From Myxococcota bacterium (lineage in GTDB: Bacteria > Myxococcota_A > UBA796 > SXON01), in the NCBI GenBank assembly GCA_040386535.1, contig JAZKFH010000004.1, positions 1-59,640 of the forward strand: a stretch of 59,640 nt of DNA, read 5' to 3'. The position numbers and the translations under genes were made by a program. This document shows positions 9,688 to 21,526 of the stretch, piece after piece. Position 1 is the stretch's first letter; every line of letters starts with the position of its first letter. Below the pieces are notes generated by a model, which did no database searches, was not told the origin of the DNA, and saw nothing but the letters and a program-made list of their open reading frames with translations.

Positions 9688-10326
9688 CTACTCCCAGACC
9701 GTGTCGTCCACCTGGAGACGGTCCACCCACATCACCTCGCAGGCGCCGCCCCCGGTGTCCGTGCGGACCGTCGACGAGCGCGCGAGCTCGTTGGTGCCGG
9801 CATCCTGGATGACGACGAGGAAGCCCTCCAACGACACCAGATCCCCCTCCCGCACCGACCGCAGGGCGCGCCCGACGTGCGGCTTCCCCTCCGCGGGGAT
9901 CGTGTGGACGTTGCCCACGTGCGTCGTGATGTAGTCACGTTCGCCGGCCGACACCGGGCCGCTCGATCGCCAGAACAGGAAGCGCGCGTCCTGGTAGAAC
10001 GAGTAGGCCTCGGTGAGCCGCGCCACCTGGTCGCCCCAGGCCAGGCCGAGGTCGACGTCGAAGAAGTCGTTGGTCCACACCCAGTCGTAGGCGTGGGCGC
10101 TCAACACCTGCCCCGTGAGCGCGAACCGGTGCGTCTTGATGACGAAGAACGTTCGGTCGCCACGGCGCACGGTGACCGGGACGGGCGTGTCCAGCGCCTC
10201 CTGGGTCGGCTCCTCTCCCAACGAGCGCGGCACGGCGGCCCTGCCCCCGCGCGGGTAGTCGCGGACGGCCTCGCAGGCGAGGTAGCCCACGATGACGACG
10301 AGCAGGACGGGGAGCCAGCGGGACAT
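9688..10326 (-). CDS. Hypothetical membrane-anchored protein
   Basis: N-terminal TM; DLGLAWG, NVHTIPA and RTDTGGGACE segments; good codon bias. Confidence 0.75.
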   Translation of the reverse strand: MSRWLPVLLVVIVGYLACEAVRDYPRGGRAAVPRSLGEEPTQEALDTPVPVTVRRGDRTFFVIKTHRFALTGQVLSAHAYDWVWTNDFFDVDLGLAWGDQVARLTEAYSFYQDARFLFWRSSGPVSAGERDYITTHVGNVHTIPAEGKPHVGRALRSVREGDLVSLEGFLVVIQDAGTNELARSSTVRTDTGGGACEVMWVDRLQVDDTVWE

Positions 10327-10376
10327 CGGGAGGGGATAACCGTTCGGGCCGGGTCGGCGGGGTAGGAGCCTGGGAG

Positions 10377-10685
10377 GTGGACGTGGCCGTGGAGACGCTG
10401 CTCGGGCTGGTTCGGGACGAATGGCTGAAGCTCTCCCGGCGTCCCGAGCACCTCTGGATCCCGCGCCACGAGGCTGTCGAGCGGCTCCTGCGGGTGCACT
10501 TCGCCTCCTTCCCGTGGGCCGAGCCCGCGCGGTTTCCGGTCGGCTGGGCCACCATCAGCACCGTGCGGGGCGCGGCTGCCGACTACGAGGTGACCCTCCA
10601 GTGGGACGGGCGCGGGGGGTGGGGACGCCGCTATCGGTGCGTCGGCGAGCGCGTGGTGCTGGTGGAGGACCTGTGGATCAGCTGA
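10377..10685 (+). CDS. Hypothetical protein
   Basis: GGGAG just upstream of the GTG start; natural amino-acid composition. Confidence 0.55.
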   Translation: MDVAVETLLGLVRDEWLKLSRRPEHLWIPRHEAVERLLRVHFASFPWAEPARFPVGWATISTVRGAAADYEVTLQWDGRGGWGRRYRCVGERVVLVEDLWIS

Positions 10686-10709
10686 ACACGGGCGGTGGAA
10701 GGAGCGCCC

Positions 10710-11681
10710 TCACTTCGCCTCGATGACGTCGCCCTTGCGGACCGTGTAGTCCTCAGGGGGGAGGGCCTTTCCGTCGCGCGTGACGGTGAGGCCCTGGAAG
10801 ACCGCGTCAATGCCCCAGCTCGTCTCGACCCGGGGGCCGTCCTGGAGTTGGAAGTGGAGGTGGGGCTCACTCGAGTTGCCGGTGTTGCCGACGAGGCCCA
10901 GGCGCGCGCCCGCGCGGACGCGCGAGCCGGGGCGCACGCGGACGGAGCCGGGCTGGAGGTGGGCGTACACCGACCAGTAGCCGCCGTGGTCGACGATCAC
11001 GGCGTTGCCGAGCGCGAAGTAGGGGTTGAGCGTGCCGGGGATCGACTCGGGCACGCCGTCGATCGCGGTCACGACCACGCCGCCGGCCACGGCGCGCACG
11101 GGGCGCCCGTAGGCGTAGTAGTCGGACAGGCGCGTCCCGTCGCCGGAGTGGGTGGCCCCCGCCGCGTCCGTGACGACGAGATCGGTGGCCCGGCGCTGGC
11201 TCTGGTGCGAGACGTGGGCGTTGAGCTCCTGCGTGTCGCCGCCCCAGATCACATCCCACTTGCCCGCGACGGGGAAGACCGAGAGCGGGGCGGAGCGCGT
11301 GACCGCCGGGGCGCCTGGCGTTGAATGGCCGACCTGGAGGCCCTGGACCACCCCCGCCTCATCGACGTGCAGATCGAGCTGCCAGGCGCGCTTCTCCGCC
11401 TGGACCGTGTACACCGCGCGCTGCCCCGAGCCCGACAAGCGCGTGCTGCGGGTGACACACCCGCCGGCCTCCCGCATCGTCCCGACCAGCTGAGCCGCCG
11501 CCTCCGCGGGCACCGCCGCCTTCATCGGGCCACCGAAGCGCTCGAACAGCGCGGCCGCGTCGTCCCGGTTGATGTCTGCGAGGATGGCGGCCTGCACGCC
11601 GTCGACCGGGTCCTGCCCGGAGGCGGCGATGATCGGCGGGCACGCGGCGCGGGCGTGGGCGAGGAGCAGGAGGGCGAGCAT
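10710..11681 (-). CDS. M23 family metallopeptidase with N-terminal DUF3887-like domain
   Basis: GNAVIVDH, YAHLQPGS and GNTGNSSEPHLHFQ motifs; signal peptide. Confidence 0.85.
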   Translation of the reverse strand: MLALLLLAHARAACPPIIAASGQDPVDGVQAAILADINRDDAAALFERFGGPMKAAVPAEAAAQLVGTMREAGGCVTRSTRLSGSGQRAVYTVQAEKRAWQLDLHVDEAGVVQGLQVGHSTPGAPAVTRSAPLSVFPVAGKWDVIWGGDTQELNAHVSHQSQRRATDLVVTDAAGATHSGDGTRLSDYYAYGRPVRAVAGGVVVTAIDGVPESIPGTLNPYFALGNAVIVDHGGYWSVYAHLQPGSVRVRPGSRVRAGARLGLVGNTGNSSEPHLHFQLQDGPRVETSWGIDAVFQGLTVTRDGKALPPEDYTVRKGDVIEAK

Positions 11682-11757
11682 CGGGGAGGGTAACGTGGTG
11701 GCCGCGAAATCGTGCGTGATGCTTGACGCGGTCACGACGGTGCGCAGCTTCGCGCCC

Positions 11758-12543
11758 ATGCTTGGCTACCAGGTCGTCTTCCGCGCCGAGGCGGACCGCA
11801 TCCTGGCGCCGGACGTCGCGTCCAGGCGAGTGTTTGCCCGCGTGGTCGCGCGCATCGGACGACCGCACGGGCTGTTCGGGTTCGGGCTGGCCGACACGCA
11901 CGGGCACTGCGCGCTCGCGTGCGACCTCGCGCGCGTCAATCGGTTCGTCCACGACGCTCGCCTGGCGCTGTCCCACCACCTGCGCCTCCCGATGGTCGCG
12001 CCCGCGGTCCACCCGATCCGCGACACGTGGCACGCCGAGAGCGTGCTCGCGTACGTGCACCGCCAGGACGAGCACCACGGCGTAGGCACCGACCCGCTTC
12101 GCGAGGGCACGAGCCTCCCCGACCTGTGCGGGCTGCGCCCCTCGGGCCTCTGGCTGGCGGACACGGTGCGCGCGTTGCTCCCGCGGGTGCGACGCGCGGA
12201 TCTGCTCGCGCAGTGGGGCCTCGTGGCGCTCGACGAGGCCGAGCACCTCGAGCTGCTCGCGGAGGCCGGGGCCGCGGCGATCGGGGCGCCAGCGCTCTCG
12301 GGCCGCGCGGACGACACGGTGGCGGCGCGTCGGGCGTGCGTACACGCCACGGACGCCGGTCCGAACGCCCTGGCCGAGGCGCTCGGGATCGCGGCGCGCA
12401 CGGTGCGGCACCTTCGCGGCCAGGCTCCCGATCCGCGCCTCGTGCGAGCGGTGCGGCTCCAGATGGGCCTTCGCGCGGCGATCGGGCCGCCCGGTGAAGC
12501 GGCGTTCGTGGGCGAGGGTGGGTTGCCGCGGGGGCGGCGGTAG
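11758..12543 (+). CDS. REP-associated tyrosine transposase (RAYT)/Y1 HUH nuclease-like protein
   Basis: FGLADTHGH (HUH-like), VLAYVHRQ (candidate catalytic Tyr), C-terminal HTH LAEALGIAARTVRHL; REP-like palindromes immediately downstream. Confidence 0.65.
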   Translation: MLGYQVVFRAEADRILAPDVASRRVFARVVARIGRPHGLFGFGLADTHGHCALACDLARVNRFVHDARLALSHHLRLPMVAPAVHPIRDTWHAESVLAYVHRQDEHHGVGTDPLREGTSLPDLCGLRPSGLWLADTVRALLPRVRRADLLAQWGLVALDEAEHLELLAEAGAAAIGAPALSGRADDTVAARRACVHATDAGPNALAEALGIAARTVRHLRGQAPDPRLVRAVRLQMGLRAAIGPPGEAAFVGEGGLPRGRR

Positions 12544-12593
12544 TGGTGGTGGGGGTGGAGCCACGCTTCGGGAGGCGGGCGCCAGCCCTCTCC

Positions 12594-12798
12594 GCGGCAA
12601 CAACTCGGGGTCTCGCCATCGAGCCCCCGAGTTGTTGCCGCTCGGGGGCCGCGGCGGGGACCACCCTGCCGGCGACCGCACGGGCGAAGGCGAACAGTTT
12701 GGAAGCGGCCCGAGTTGCGCGGGCGCCCGGCGCTCCCCGCGGCAACAACTGCGGCAACAACTCGGGGTCTCGGCATCGAGCCTCCGAGTTGTTGCCGC
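12594..12798. repeat. Two REP-like palindromes (12594-12641, 12751-12798) plus a partial arm at 12739-12750
   Basis: gcggcaacaactcgggg...ccccgagttgttgccgc forms a 17-bp stem; second copy near-identical and 157 bp downstream. Confidence 0.85.
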
Positions 12799-13013
12799 TG
12801 GGGGACCGCCGTGGCGGCAACTCCGCTGGCGGCCGCAGGGTAGAAGGCGCGTATGGACGCACCCCGCGCGAGGGCGCCGGAGGGCGCGTGGACGCGTCAG
12901 CGGCCGCGCGGTTCGGCGCCGCCCGCTGGGCGGGCCCGCGCCAACCAAGCGCGAAGCGCGCGCCCGGAGGAGCCCGGCCCCGCCGTCTTCGGCGGGGTCG
13001 CGCCCGACCTACG

Positions 13014-14225
13014 TCAACATGGATCGTTCGCCAACCCCGGCGTCCCCGGCTCCCGCATCGGCGGCGTGATCGTGGTCTGGTTGCACCAGGCGTCGCTCGC
13101 GTCGTTGTCACCCGCGTCCAACGCGGCTTGGGTCACGCCGTGCGCGATCGCGGTCGTGAACCAGGTGTCGTCGTAGTACAACCAATCGATCTCGAGACCG
13201 TCGGGGCGCGACAACACGAGCTCGTCGGGGCCGTTGGCGAGCGCGAGGCCGCCGCCGTTCCACTTGCGCAGGAACCAACCGTCACACGGCACGCCGCCAT
13301 TCACGGTGGGGTCGAGGTCGGCGCACAACACGACGAAATCGTGCGCCGGGACCACGAGCGGACCGTCGAGCACCCACTCGTCGATGTCGTCGTCGCGGAA
13401 GGTGTACCCGCCGATGTCGATGGGGTGGGAGGCGGTGTTGTACAGCTCCACCCACTCGCCGAGCTCGTCGTCGACGGCTTGCGGGTTGACCATCATCTCG
13501 GAGAACATCACGTCGCCGGGCTCGACCTGGTCGGGCTCCTCGTCGTCGCCGGGGTCGACCTCCTCCTCGCCGACGAGCACGGTGACCGAGGCCGCGCCGA
13601 CCTCGTCGTCGCCATCGGTCGCAGTGAGGGTGACGACGTGGGTGCCGAGGGAGAGCGTGTCCGCGAAGACGGCGGATTGCCCATCGCCCGACACCGCGCC
13701 TTCGAGCGGCCCGTCGAGGTCGGAGGACCACGCGAAGGCCAGCTCGTCGGGCGCGGTGGTCAAGTCGGTGGCGGCGCCGCGGAAGCCGACGGTCTCGCCG
13801 AGGAGGAACGCCGTGCCGTCGTCCGGGGAGAGGATGGTGACGGCGGGGGCGCCCAACGGCCCCCCGACGAACACGGTGACCGTCGCGACGCCCGTGCCGC
13901 CTTCGGTGTCGACCACGGCGAGCTCGAGCGTCAGGTCGCCGAGCGGGAGGGGGTCGACGTCCAGGCTCGCGCCCACGCCACCGTCGCTGTCGACCGCGAC
14001 CGGCACGTCCGCGCCGTTCGCGGTGAGCGTCACGGTGAGCGCGTCGGCGTCGTCTCGGCTGTCATACACGGTTCCCACGACGAGCAGCAGCCCGCCGCCC
14101 TGGCGGAGCACGGCGCCGTCGACCGGGGCGGTGAGGGCGGCGACCGGGTTGTCGTTGTGCCGCTTCAGATCGGTGTCGATCGCGCAGCCGGCGAGCAACA
14201 GGGAGAGGAGGGCCGTTTGGTGCAT
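13014..14225 (-). CDS. Lipoprotein with Ig-like domains and C-terminal lamin-tail domain
   Basis: LLLAGC lipobox; WSSDLDG; FSEMMVNP...GEWVELYN and GTPGLAN. Confidence 0.85.
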   Translation of the reverse strand: MHQTALLSLLLAGCAIDTDLKRHNDNPVAALTAPVDGAVLRQGGGLLLVVGTVYDSRDDADALTVTLTANGADVPVAVDSDGGVGASLDVDPLPLGDLTLELAVVDTEGGTGVATVTVFVGGPLGAPAVTILSPDDGTAFLLGETVGFRGAATDLTTAPDELAFAWSSDLDGPLEGAVSGDGQSAVFADTLSLGTHVVTLTATDGDDEVGAASVTVLVGEEEVDPGDDEEPDQVEPGDVMFSEMMVNPQAVDDELGEWVELYNTASHPIDIGGYTFRDDDIDEWVLDGPLVVPAHDFVVLCADLDPTVNGGVPCDGWFLRKWNGGGLALANGPDELVLSRPDGLEIDWLYYDDTWFTTAIAHGVTQAALDAGDNDASDAWCNQTTITPPMREPGTPGLANDPC

Positions 14226-14331
14226 CGGGGCGGGCTCGCGAGGCCACCGTCATAGCCGAGGCGCGGGCGGACCGCTGTGGCGATCGGGTGGCGATCGGGC
14301 GGCGGGCCGGGCACCGGCTATAGTGCGCCCG

Positions 14332-16464
<2,133 letters not shown>

Positions 16465-16510
16465 CGGGACTGGCCGTGGCAACGACCAGGCCCAGTCGCG
16501 GCCCGGGTCT

Positions 16511-17452
16511 CTACCGCCCGGCGGGGTACTTCTCGCTCTTCTCGCCCACATCGATGCGCAACACGCCCACCGGCGCGTCCGGGCCGGCGCCGAACCCGAA
16601 GTTCGCCACGAACAGGGCGCGCTTGTCGTTCCCGAACTGACCGAACGCCGCGGTGGCGGGGAACACGAGGCCGTCGCTCCCGTCGGCGAGCGTGGTGGCG
16701 GCGCCCGTGGCGCGATCGATGCGCAGCAACGACGACGAGGCATTGGCGACGACGAGGAGGTCACCGTTGCGATCGAGGTTGACTCCGTCGGCACCCCGGA
16801 GGTGTTCGCCCGACGCGAGCACGGAGAGGGTGCCCGCCACGCCGCCGTCGACGTCGATCTCGATCACGCTCGGCACCTGGGAGTTGACCAGGATGACGGT
16901 GTCGGTGTCGTCGTCGTAGGTGATGCCGTTCACGCCGATGGGGAACGGCACGGGCGACCAGGCGAGATCGCCGGCGAGCAGTGGATCCTGGACCCAGAGC
17001 TCGCGCGTGGTGGTGCCCGCGGGGATCTTGTAGACCGCGCCGCCGATGGACTCGGTGACGTACAGGTTGCCGGCGCGATCGAAGGTCAGGTCGTTGGGGA
17101 ACTCGTTCGCGCCGAACGCCACGACACGCTCGGTGTTGCCATCGGCGTCGACGCGCCAGATGCCACACGTCTCGGGGGTGAAGGAGGCGAGCGCGACGTA
17201 GAGGTCGTCACCGTCGAACGCGAGGCCGAGCAGGAAGCCGGCGCCCACGTCGAACTGGGCGAAGGTCTCGCCCACGTAGGTGTGGCGGTCGAGGCGGCGC
17301 AGCTCGCCGGTGCCGGCGAGGCCGACGTAGAGGTCGCCGGAGGGGCTCACCGCGACGCCCTCGGGCAGCTGTCCGATGGAGGCGTCGTAGCTCTCCACCA
17401 CGGTGACGTCGGCGGCGAAGGCGGGGGCGGCGAGGGCGAGGAGGGACAACAT
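16511..17452 (-). CDS. Secreted SMP-30/gluconolactonase family beta-propeller
   Basis: PEGVAV, FPNDLTFD..GNLYVTES, GVNGI and GADGV motifs; signal peptide. Confidence 0.85.
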   Translation of the reverse strand: MLSLLALAAPAFAADVTVVESYDASIGQLPEGVAVSPSGDLYVGLAGTGELRRLDRHTYVGETFAQFDVGAGFLLGLAFDGDDLYVALASFTPETCGIWRVDADGNTERVVAFGANEFPNDLTFDRAGNLYVTESIGGAVYKIPAGTTTRELWVQDPLLAGDLAWSPVPFPIGVNGITYDDDTDTVILVNSQVPSVIEIDVDGGVAGTLSVLASGEHLRGADGVNLDRNGDLLVVANASSSLLRIDRATGAATTLADGSDGLVFPATAAFGQFGNDKRALFVANFGFGAGPDAPVGVLRIDVGEKSEKYPAGR

Positions 17453-17580
17453 TGCGGGCTCCAGGAGGGGGGGCATGCACGATACCGCGTCCCGACGGAC
17501 GCGGGGAAGAGGACGCGGACATGTCCGCCCCGACCGCGTACGAACCCGGCGCCACAACGTCCATCCCGCTACGTGCTCCG

Positions 17581-18216
17581 ATGCCTCTGCTCGCTCGCCT
17601 CTCCCTCGCCCTGCTCGCCGCGTGCGCGACGAACCCGCCGCCGGTCCCCTCCCCGGTCGACCCGGCCTGCACGGGCGCCGCCCACCCGATGGCGTCCATC
17701 GGCTTCGGCGTGGAGCATCTGTACGAAGGCGACGTTGCGCCTGGAAAACACGTGAAGGTGGTGCTGTCGTGCGACCACACCCGCCTCGTCGTGTCGGGCG
17801 CGTTCGACCAGGTGATCGGTCCGGCGGACATCACGGCGGCCGGCGACGGCGTGGGGGAGCTCGCCGACCTCTCGGGCGGGGAGCTCGTGGTGAGCGTCGC
17901 CACCGACATGAACTTCGACGGGTTCAACGACCTCGTGAGCGTCCAGTCGAACGGCCAGGGCCGCGCCGCGATCGACGGCTCGTTGGTGTTCCTGTACGAG
18001 CCGGAGGCGGGCCGGTTCCGCTACCACGCGGCGCTAAGCGCGCTCGAGAACGTGTCGGCGGATCCGGTGACGCGCGAGATCCGCCAGGAGTTCTGCGGAC
18101 TGCCCGCGGAGGGGACGCCCGCCTACGCAGAGGGCCGCTCCGAGTGTGTCGTCACGCGCCATACGTGGGAAGGCGGGCGGCTCGTGTCACATGGGGAGAC
18201 GCGGGAGGTGCGGTGA
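17581..18216 (+). CDS. Hypothetical lipoprotein
   Basis: LALLAAC lipobox; DMNFDGFNDL Ca-binding-like loop. Confidence 0.7.
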   Translation: MPLLARLSLALLAACATNPPPVPSPVDPACTGAAHPMASIGFGVEHLYEGDVAPGKHVKVVLSCDHTRLVVSGAFDQVIGPADITAAGDGVGELADLSGGELVVSVATDMNFDGFNDLVSVQSNGQGRAAIDGSLVFLYEPEAGRFRYHAALSALENVSADPVTREIRQEFCGLPAEGTPAYAEGRSECVVTRHTWEGGRLVSHGETREVR

Positions 18217-18256
18217 CGTTGGGGCGTGACGGTATCGGCACCCCCCGGTCGGCCGC

Positions 18257-19519
18257 TCACTCCTCGCCGCGCTCCACCAGGCCACGGGCGTAGTCGGCCC
18301 ACCACTCGCCGGCCGCGGGGCCGCCGTTGCACTCGCCATCCGACTCGCCCGGCGCCTTGACCCAGAGCAGCGCGTCGAGGCCGGTCACGCCGGTCGACAG
18401 GGTGGGGCTCTCGCCGACGGCGCGCCCCAGGGGGTTGCACCACTCGGCGTCGGCGTCGGGGCCGAGGCCGTTGCGGCCCGTGTCCACGACGTAGTGGGCG
18501 TCGGGCCCGAGGACGGCGCGGAGCTCCTCGGCGTAGCCGACGTTGTCCTCGGTGCTGTGGGTGTGCGCCACGTTCAGGGCGAAGCCGGCGGCGTTCGCCA
18601 CCCCGGCCGCCGAGAGGCGCGATGCCATGTCCACATCGTCGATCCAGCCGGCCTGCCCAGCGTCGATGTAGACCTCGGCGCCCGCGTTGGAGAGGGTCTC
18701 GACCGCGGCGGCCATCATCGCGTGGCGCTCGGTGATCTGCGATTCGGAGAGGCAGGAGGTGACGGCCAGGCCGTCCGGCTCGAGGATGACGAGCGCCGAG
18801 CGATTGTCGAGCCCGCGCGCCACCTCGTCGATGAACGCCGCGTAGGCCGCCGCGCTGCTGGCCCCGCCGGCGGACCAGGCGCCGCAGTCGCGATGCGGGA
18901 TGTTGTAGACGACGAGGGTGCGGAGCTGGTCGCCACCCGCGGTGATCGTGTCGTCGACCGAGCCGGCGACATCGCTCATCCAGTCACCCACCCACACGGC
19001 GAGGGGCTCGTCGCCCATCCGATCCATGTGTGCGGCGCCTTCGGGATCGCTGTCCCGCCAGCTGTCCGCCTGCCGCGTCGCGTGGCTCTCGGGCTCGACG
19101 TAGAGCGACCAGGCGGCGAGGGAGCTGTCGGCCTCGGGCTCCTCGACTACCTCCTCGGCCTCCTCCTCCTCGACGGCCTCCTCGGCCTCTTCGGCTTCCT
19201 CTTCGTCCTCGAGCTGTTCGACCTCCTGGATCTCCTCGAGCTCGTCTTCGTCGTCGTACGCGGCCTCGTCGTTGTCGACCGTGGCCGGCGCACCCGAACC
19301 GTCGACCCGCAGGCTGGTGACGGGGGCGCCGAAGTCGGTGCCGAGCGACTCGGAGTCGTCGTCCGCGCCGTCGTCGCCGTCACGTTGGGGCGCCGCGTTG
19401 CCGCTGGACGGGCTCCGCCCACCGACGCCGCAGCCGACCAGGGACAAGGTCGGCATCGCGAGGGCGAGGATGAGGGGGAGGCGGCGTTTGAGTCGGCGCA
19501 TGAACGCTCCGGTGTTCAT
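18257..19519 (-). CDS. GH6 glycoside hydrolase (endoglucanase-like) lipoprotein with acidic linker
   Basis: VVYNIPHRDC, ILEPDG, VDTGRNG, WCNP and WVKAPGESDG motifs; lipobox LSLVGC. Confidence 0.92.
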   Translation of the reverse strand: MNTGAFMRRLKRRLPLILALAMPTLSLVGCGVGGRSPSSGNAAPQRDGDDGADDDSESLGTDFGAPVTSLRVDGSGAPATVDNDEAAYDDEDELEEIQEVEQLEDEEEAEEAEEAVEEEEAEEVVEEPEADSSLAAWSLYVEPESHATRQADSWRDSDPEGAAHMDRMGDEPLAVWVGDWMSDVAGSVDDTITAGGDQLRTLVVYNIPHRDCGAWSAGGASSAAAYAAFIDEVARGLDNRSALVILEPDGLAVTSCLSESQITERHAMMAAAVETLSNAGAEVYIDAGQAGWIDDVDMASRLSAAGVANAAGFALNVAHTHSTEDNVGYAEELRAVLGPDAHYVVDTGRNGLGPDADAEWCNPLGRAVGESPTLSTGVTGLDALLWVKAPGESDGECNGGPAAGEWWADYARGLVERGEE

Positions 19520-19738
19520 CCCCTCCCTAAGCACAAGCGCGGCCGCCACGTTGCCACCGGCCCAATCCATGCATGTGCGACTTGGATTGCTACGCTCGCA
19601 TCGACACAAATGCGATGAACAAGTCATGTTACTATTTGTGAGCGGCTCGATGCCCGCGCCCAAATGGCTCGAACCTGGCTCAAGAACCGGGCTGTGCAGC
19701 GGGCGAGGATAGAACCGGCGTCCATCCTGGAGCTCCTC

Positions 19739-20506
19739 ATGTCCCTCGGCACCGCCCTCCTCGCCTTTTCCGTGTCCGCCAACCTCGGCCTGTTCTCCGT
19801 GGAACAAGGCATCATCGCCTCCGCCTACACCGGGTCTGACACCCGCAACACGTCCATCGTCTTCGACGCGGGGGACGGCGTGGTCACGATCGGCGGCGCG
19901 GGCGAGCTGTTCTGCGACAAGGTGAACGGGTGCGTGCGGCGCGACGCCGAGCTCCCCCTCCCCGCCGGGCTCACCGGCAGCGGCGTCGTGCTGTTCGGCG
20001 GCCAGGACCTCGAGCTCGGCGGCCAGGATCTCGAGCTCGGCGGCCAGGAGCTGGAGTTCAGCGACGTCACCGGCATGGGCATGGAAGACGTGGTCGACGC
20101 GGTGCGCGCCAGCCTCGACGGCGAGGCCTTCGACCTGTTCGGCGGCGTCACGACGGGTGTGGTGTGTGGGGATGTCGACGAGAACGCGGCGCACGAGGTC
20201 TTGTCGCCGCGTGACTCCGTACACTCCGTCAAGTCGCCCCGCGACTCCGCGAGCGGGCTGCCCACCGGCTTGCGGATGTCGACCGCCGGGGACAGCGCCG
20301 GCGCCCTGCCCTTCGCCTACAAGGTCGACATGCACACGATCGGGAGCGACGAGGGCTCTTCCTCCGCGGACACCTTCGCGATGTGCGCCGTCTTCGAGGA
20401 CTCCGAGCTCGTGTCCTACGCGGTGCTCGCGCTCCGCAACGGCGACAGCCTGTCCGACCGCCCGAACCGCGTCACCGGCGTGGTCACCAGCAAGGTCGTG
20501 GACTGA
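19739..20506 (+). CDS. Hypothetical secreted protein with (GGQDLEL)x3 repeat
   Basis: GGAG RBS, hydrophobic N-terminus, 21-bp coding repeat. Confidence 0.65.
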   Translation: MSLGTALLAFSVSANLGLFSVEQGIIASAYTGSDTRNTSIVFDAGDGVVTIGGAGELFCDKVNGCVRRDAELPLPAGLTGSGVVLFGGQDLELGGQDLELGGQELEFSDVTGMGMEDVVDAVRASLDGEAFDLFGGVTTGVVCGDVDENAAHEVLSPRDSVHSVKSPRDSASGLPTGLRMSTAGDSAGALPFAYKVDMHTIGSDEGSSSADTFAMCAVFEDSELVSYAVLALRNGDSLSDRPNRVTGVVTSKVVD

Positions 20507-20510
20507 CGCG

Positions 20511-21419
20511 TCACGACGGGGCCCCGGGGCACCCTTCCTGGGTGAGCAGCCGCGGCGCGAAGTCGATGAACTTGCGGACGCGCGGCGAGAGCGTGCGCCC
20601 CGCGGGCCAGACGAGCGAGAGGTGCCCGGTGGGGAACACCCAGTCCGGGAGCACCCGCACGAGCGCGGCCCCTGAGTAGAAGTCGGGGAGCATGCCGATC
20701 CCCGCGCCCGCCTCGATGGCGTGGCGTACGAAGTTCATGTCGTTCACGACGATGACAGGATCGATCGCGAGGTCGATCTCGGCGCCGCCACCGCGGGGCC
20801 GCAACGGCCACGTGCGTGCGCCGCGGCCGCGGTTCGTGGAGATGCAGGCGTGGTGGACCAGGTCCGCCGGCGTGGCGGGAAGGCCCCGCGCGTCGACGTA
20901 GGCGCGGCTCGCGAACAGGCTGCTGACGAGCGAGCCCACGCGCCGGGTCATCAGCGAGCTGCGATCGGCCAGCGGGGTGAGGTGCGCGCGGACCGCGACG
21001 TCCACACGCTCGGCCACCAGATCGACCACCCGATCCGTGAGGTCTACCAGCAGGTGCACGTGCGGCCACGCCACCCGGAACTCCGTGAGCAGGCGCACGA
21101 AGGGCTCGGTGCTGCCGAGGTCGGCGGGGGCGGTGATGCGCAGGTCGCCGCGGGGCTCCGCGTCGTGATCCCGCAGCGCACGCTCCACCTCCTCGATGTC
21201 GCGCAGCGGCTGGGCGCAGCGCTCGTGGACAGCGGCCCCCGCGTCGGTCAGGCGGAGCGACCGGGCGGTGCGCAACACCAGCTGCTGGCCGAGATCCTCC
21301 TCCAGCCGCGTGATGCGGCGGCTCACGGTCGAGGTCGGCACACCGAGCAGGCGGCCCGCCGCGGTCAGGCTCCCCGTCTCGGCGACACGGATGAAGGTCT
21401 CGAGCTCGCTCAGGCCCAT
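20511..21419 (-). CDS. LysR-family transcriptional regulator
   Basis: FIRVAETGSLTAAG...STVSRRITRLEEDLG HTH; divergent from pirin. Confidence 0.95.
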   Translation of the reverse strand: MGLSELETFIRVAETGSLTAAGRLLGVPTSTVSRRITRLEEDLGQQLVLRTARSLRLTDAGAAVHERCAQPLRDIEEVERALRDHDAEPRGDLRITAPADLGSTEPFVRLLTEFRVAWPHVHLLVDLTDRVVDLVAERVDVAVRAHLTPLADRSSLMTRRVGSLVSSLFASRAYVDARGLPATPADLVHHACISTNRGRGARTWPLRPRGGGAEIDLAIDPVIVVNDMNFVRHAIEAGAGIGMLPDFYSGAALVRVLPDWVFPTGHLSLVWPAGRTLSPRVRKFIDFAPRLLTQEGCPGAPS

Positions 21420-21526
21420 CGTTGCATCTCCCATCGTTGCATCGAGGCAATCAATCCTTGCATCCGTCGCCTCTTCCTTGCGTTGCCGCACGGACATAGC
21501 TGATAGGGCATCACGGAGCACCCCTC

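Noticed and set aside
21415..21460. Duplicated ccatcgttgcatc at the LysR start as a novel element
   Set aside because: Most simply a LysR-binding region or short duplication in an ordinary LysR-pirin divergon
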